A DNA stretch of 64,000 nt, from assembly GCA_964639845.1 (NCBI GenBank), contig CAZXHS010000007.1, positions 140,940-204,939 of the forward strand, given 5' to 3'. Below the pieces are notes generated by a model. It did not search any database, was not told where the DNA came from, and saw only the letters and a program-made list of their open reading frames with translations. The position numbers and the translations under genes are program-made. Position 1 is the first letter of the stretch; every line of letters begins with the position of its first letter. Origin of the DNA: an uncultured Desulfobulbus sp. Its GTDB lineage: Bacteria; Desulfobacterota; Desulfobulbia; Desulfobulbales; Desulfobulbaceae. Of this stretch, positions 63,854-64,000 are shown one piece after another.

Positions 63854-64000
63854 TGCCAAGCGACCGCGAATACATGCTGGAGGAGGAGTGGTTGCTGGTG
63901 CGGCACTCCGGCGAGATTCCCGAGGTGGCCCTCCATGCCAGCTTCCATTATCTGGGGGCGGATGCCGAGGGGCCGCATCTGGTCCTCACCCCGGAAGAGG
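63850..64000 (+). CDS. Hypothetical protein, 3'-truncated by the window edge
   Basis: ATGA overlap with the hemA stop; frame open to the end (MMPSDREYMLEEEWLLVRHSGEIPEVALH...). Confidence 0.6.
   Translation, partial: MMPSDREYMLEEEWLLVRHSGEIPEVALHASFHYLGADAEGPHLVLTPEE

Overview
This is core chromosome of a sulfate-reducing Desulfobacterota, probably Desulfobulbaceae-like. The assignment is inferred from a two-Cys DsrC, an atp operon lacking the a/c subunit genes, and the sirC-ccsA-hemA arrangement. The left end holds an unusual lipid/hydrocarbon operon: a phytoene-desaturase-like flavoprotein, fabG, fabZ, fabI, DUF1232 and oleABCD, interrupted by an AT-rich DUF2971 gene. Next come atpF'FHAGDC, an amidase, mutS, efp-epmA, a small EPS/PEP-CTERM-type module, carbonic anhydrase, an Nth-Xth fusion, a NarL-type regulator, HU, lgt and mnmG. 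Divergent from mnmG lies rpmH-rnpA-yidD-yidC-jag-mnmE, with no dnaA. The right part has cmoAB, galE, ligA, a frameshifted acylphosphatase, dsrC, ppiD, a SNF2 helicase, an NdvB-like glucan synthase, recO-rodZ-surA, tlpA, a small secreted Cys peptide, a methyltransferase and sirC-ccsA-hemA. I saw no rRNA, tRNA, CRISPR array or transposase. The best leads are the type II FAS + desaturase + Ole cluster, the Nth-Xth fusion with a possible internal start, structured leaders before mnmG and efp, and the small Cys peptide locus. All calls come from reading motifs by eye; no searches were run.
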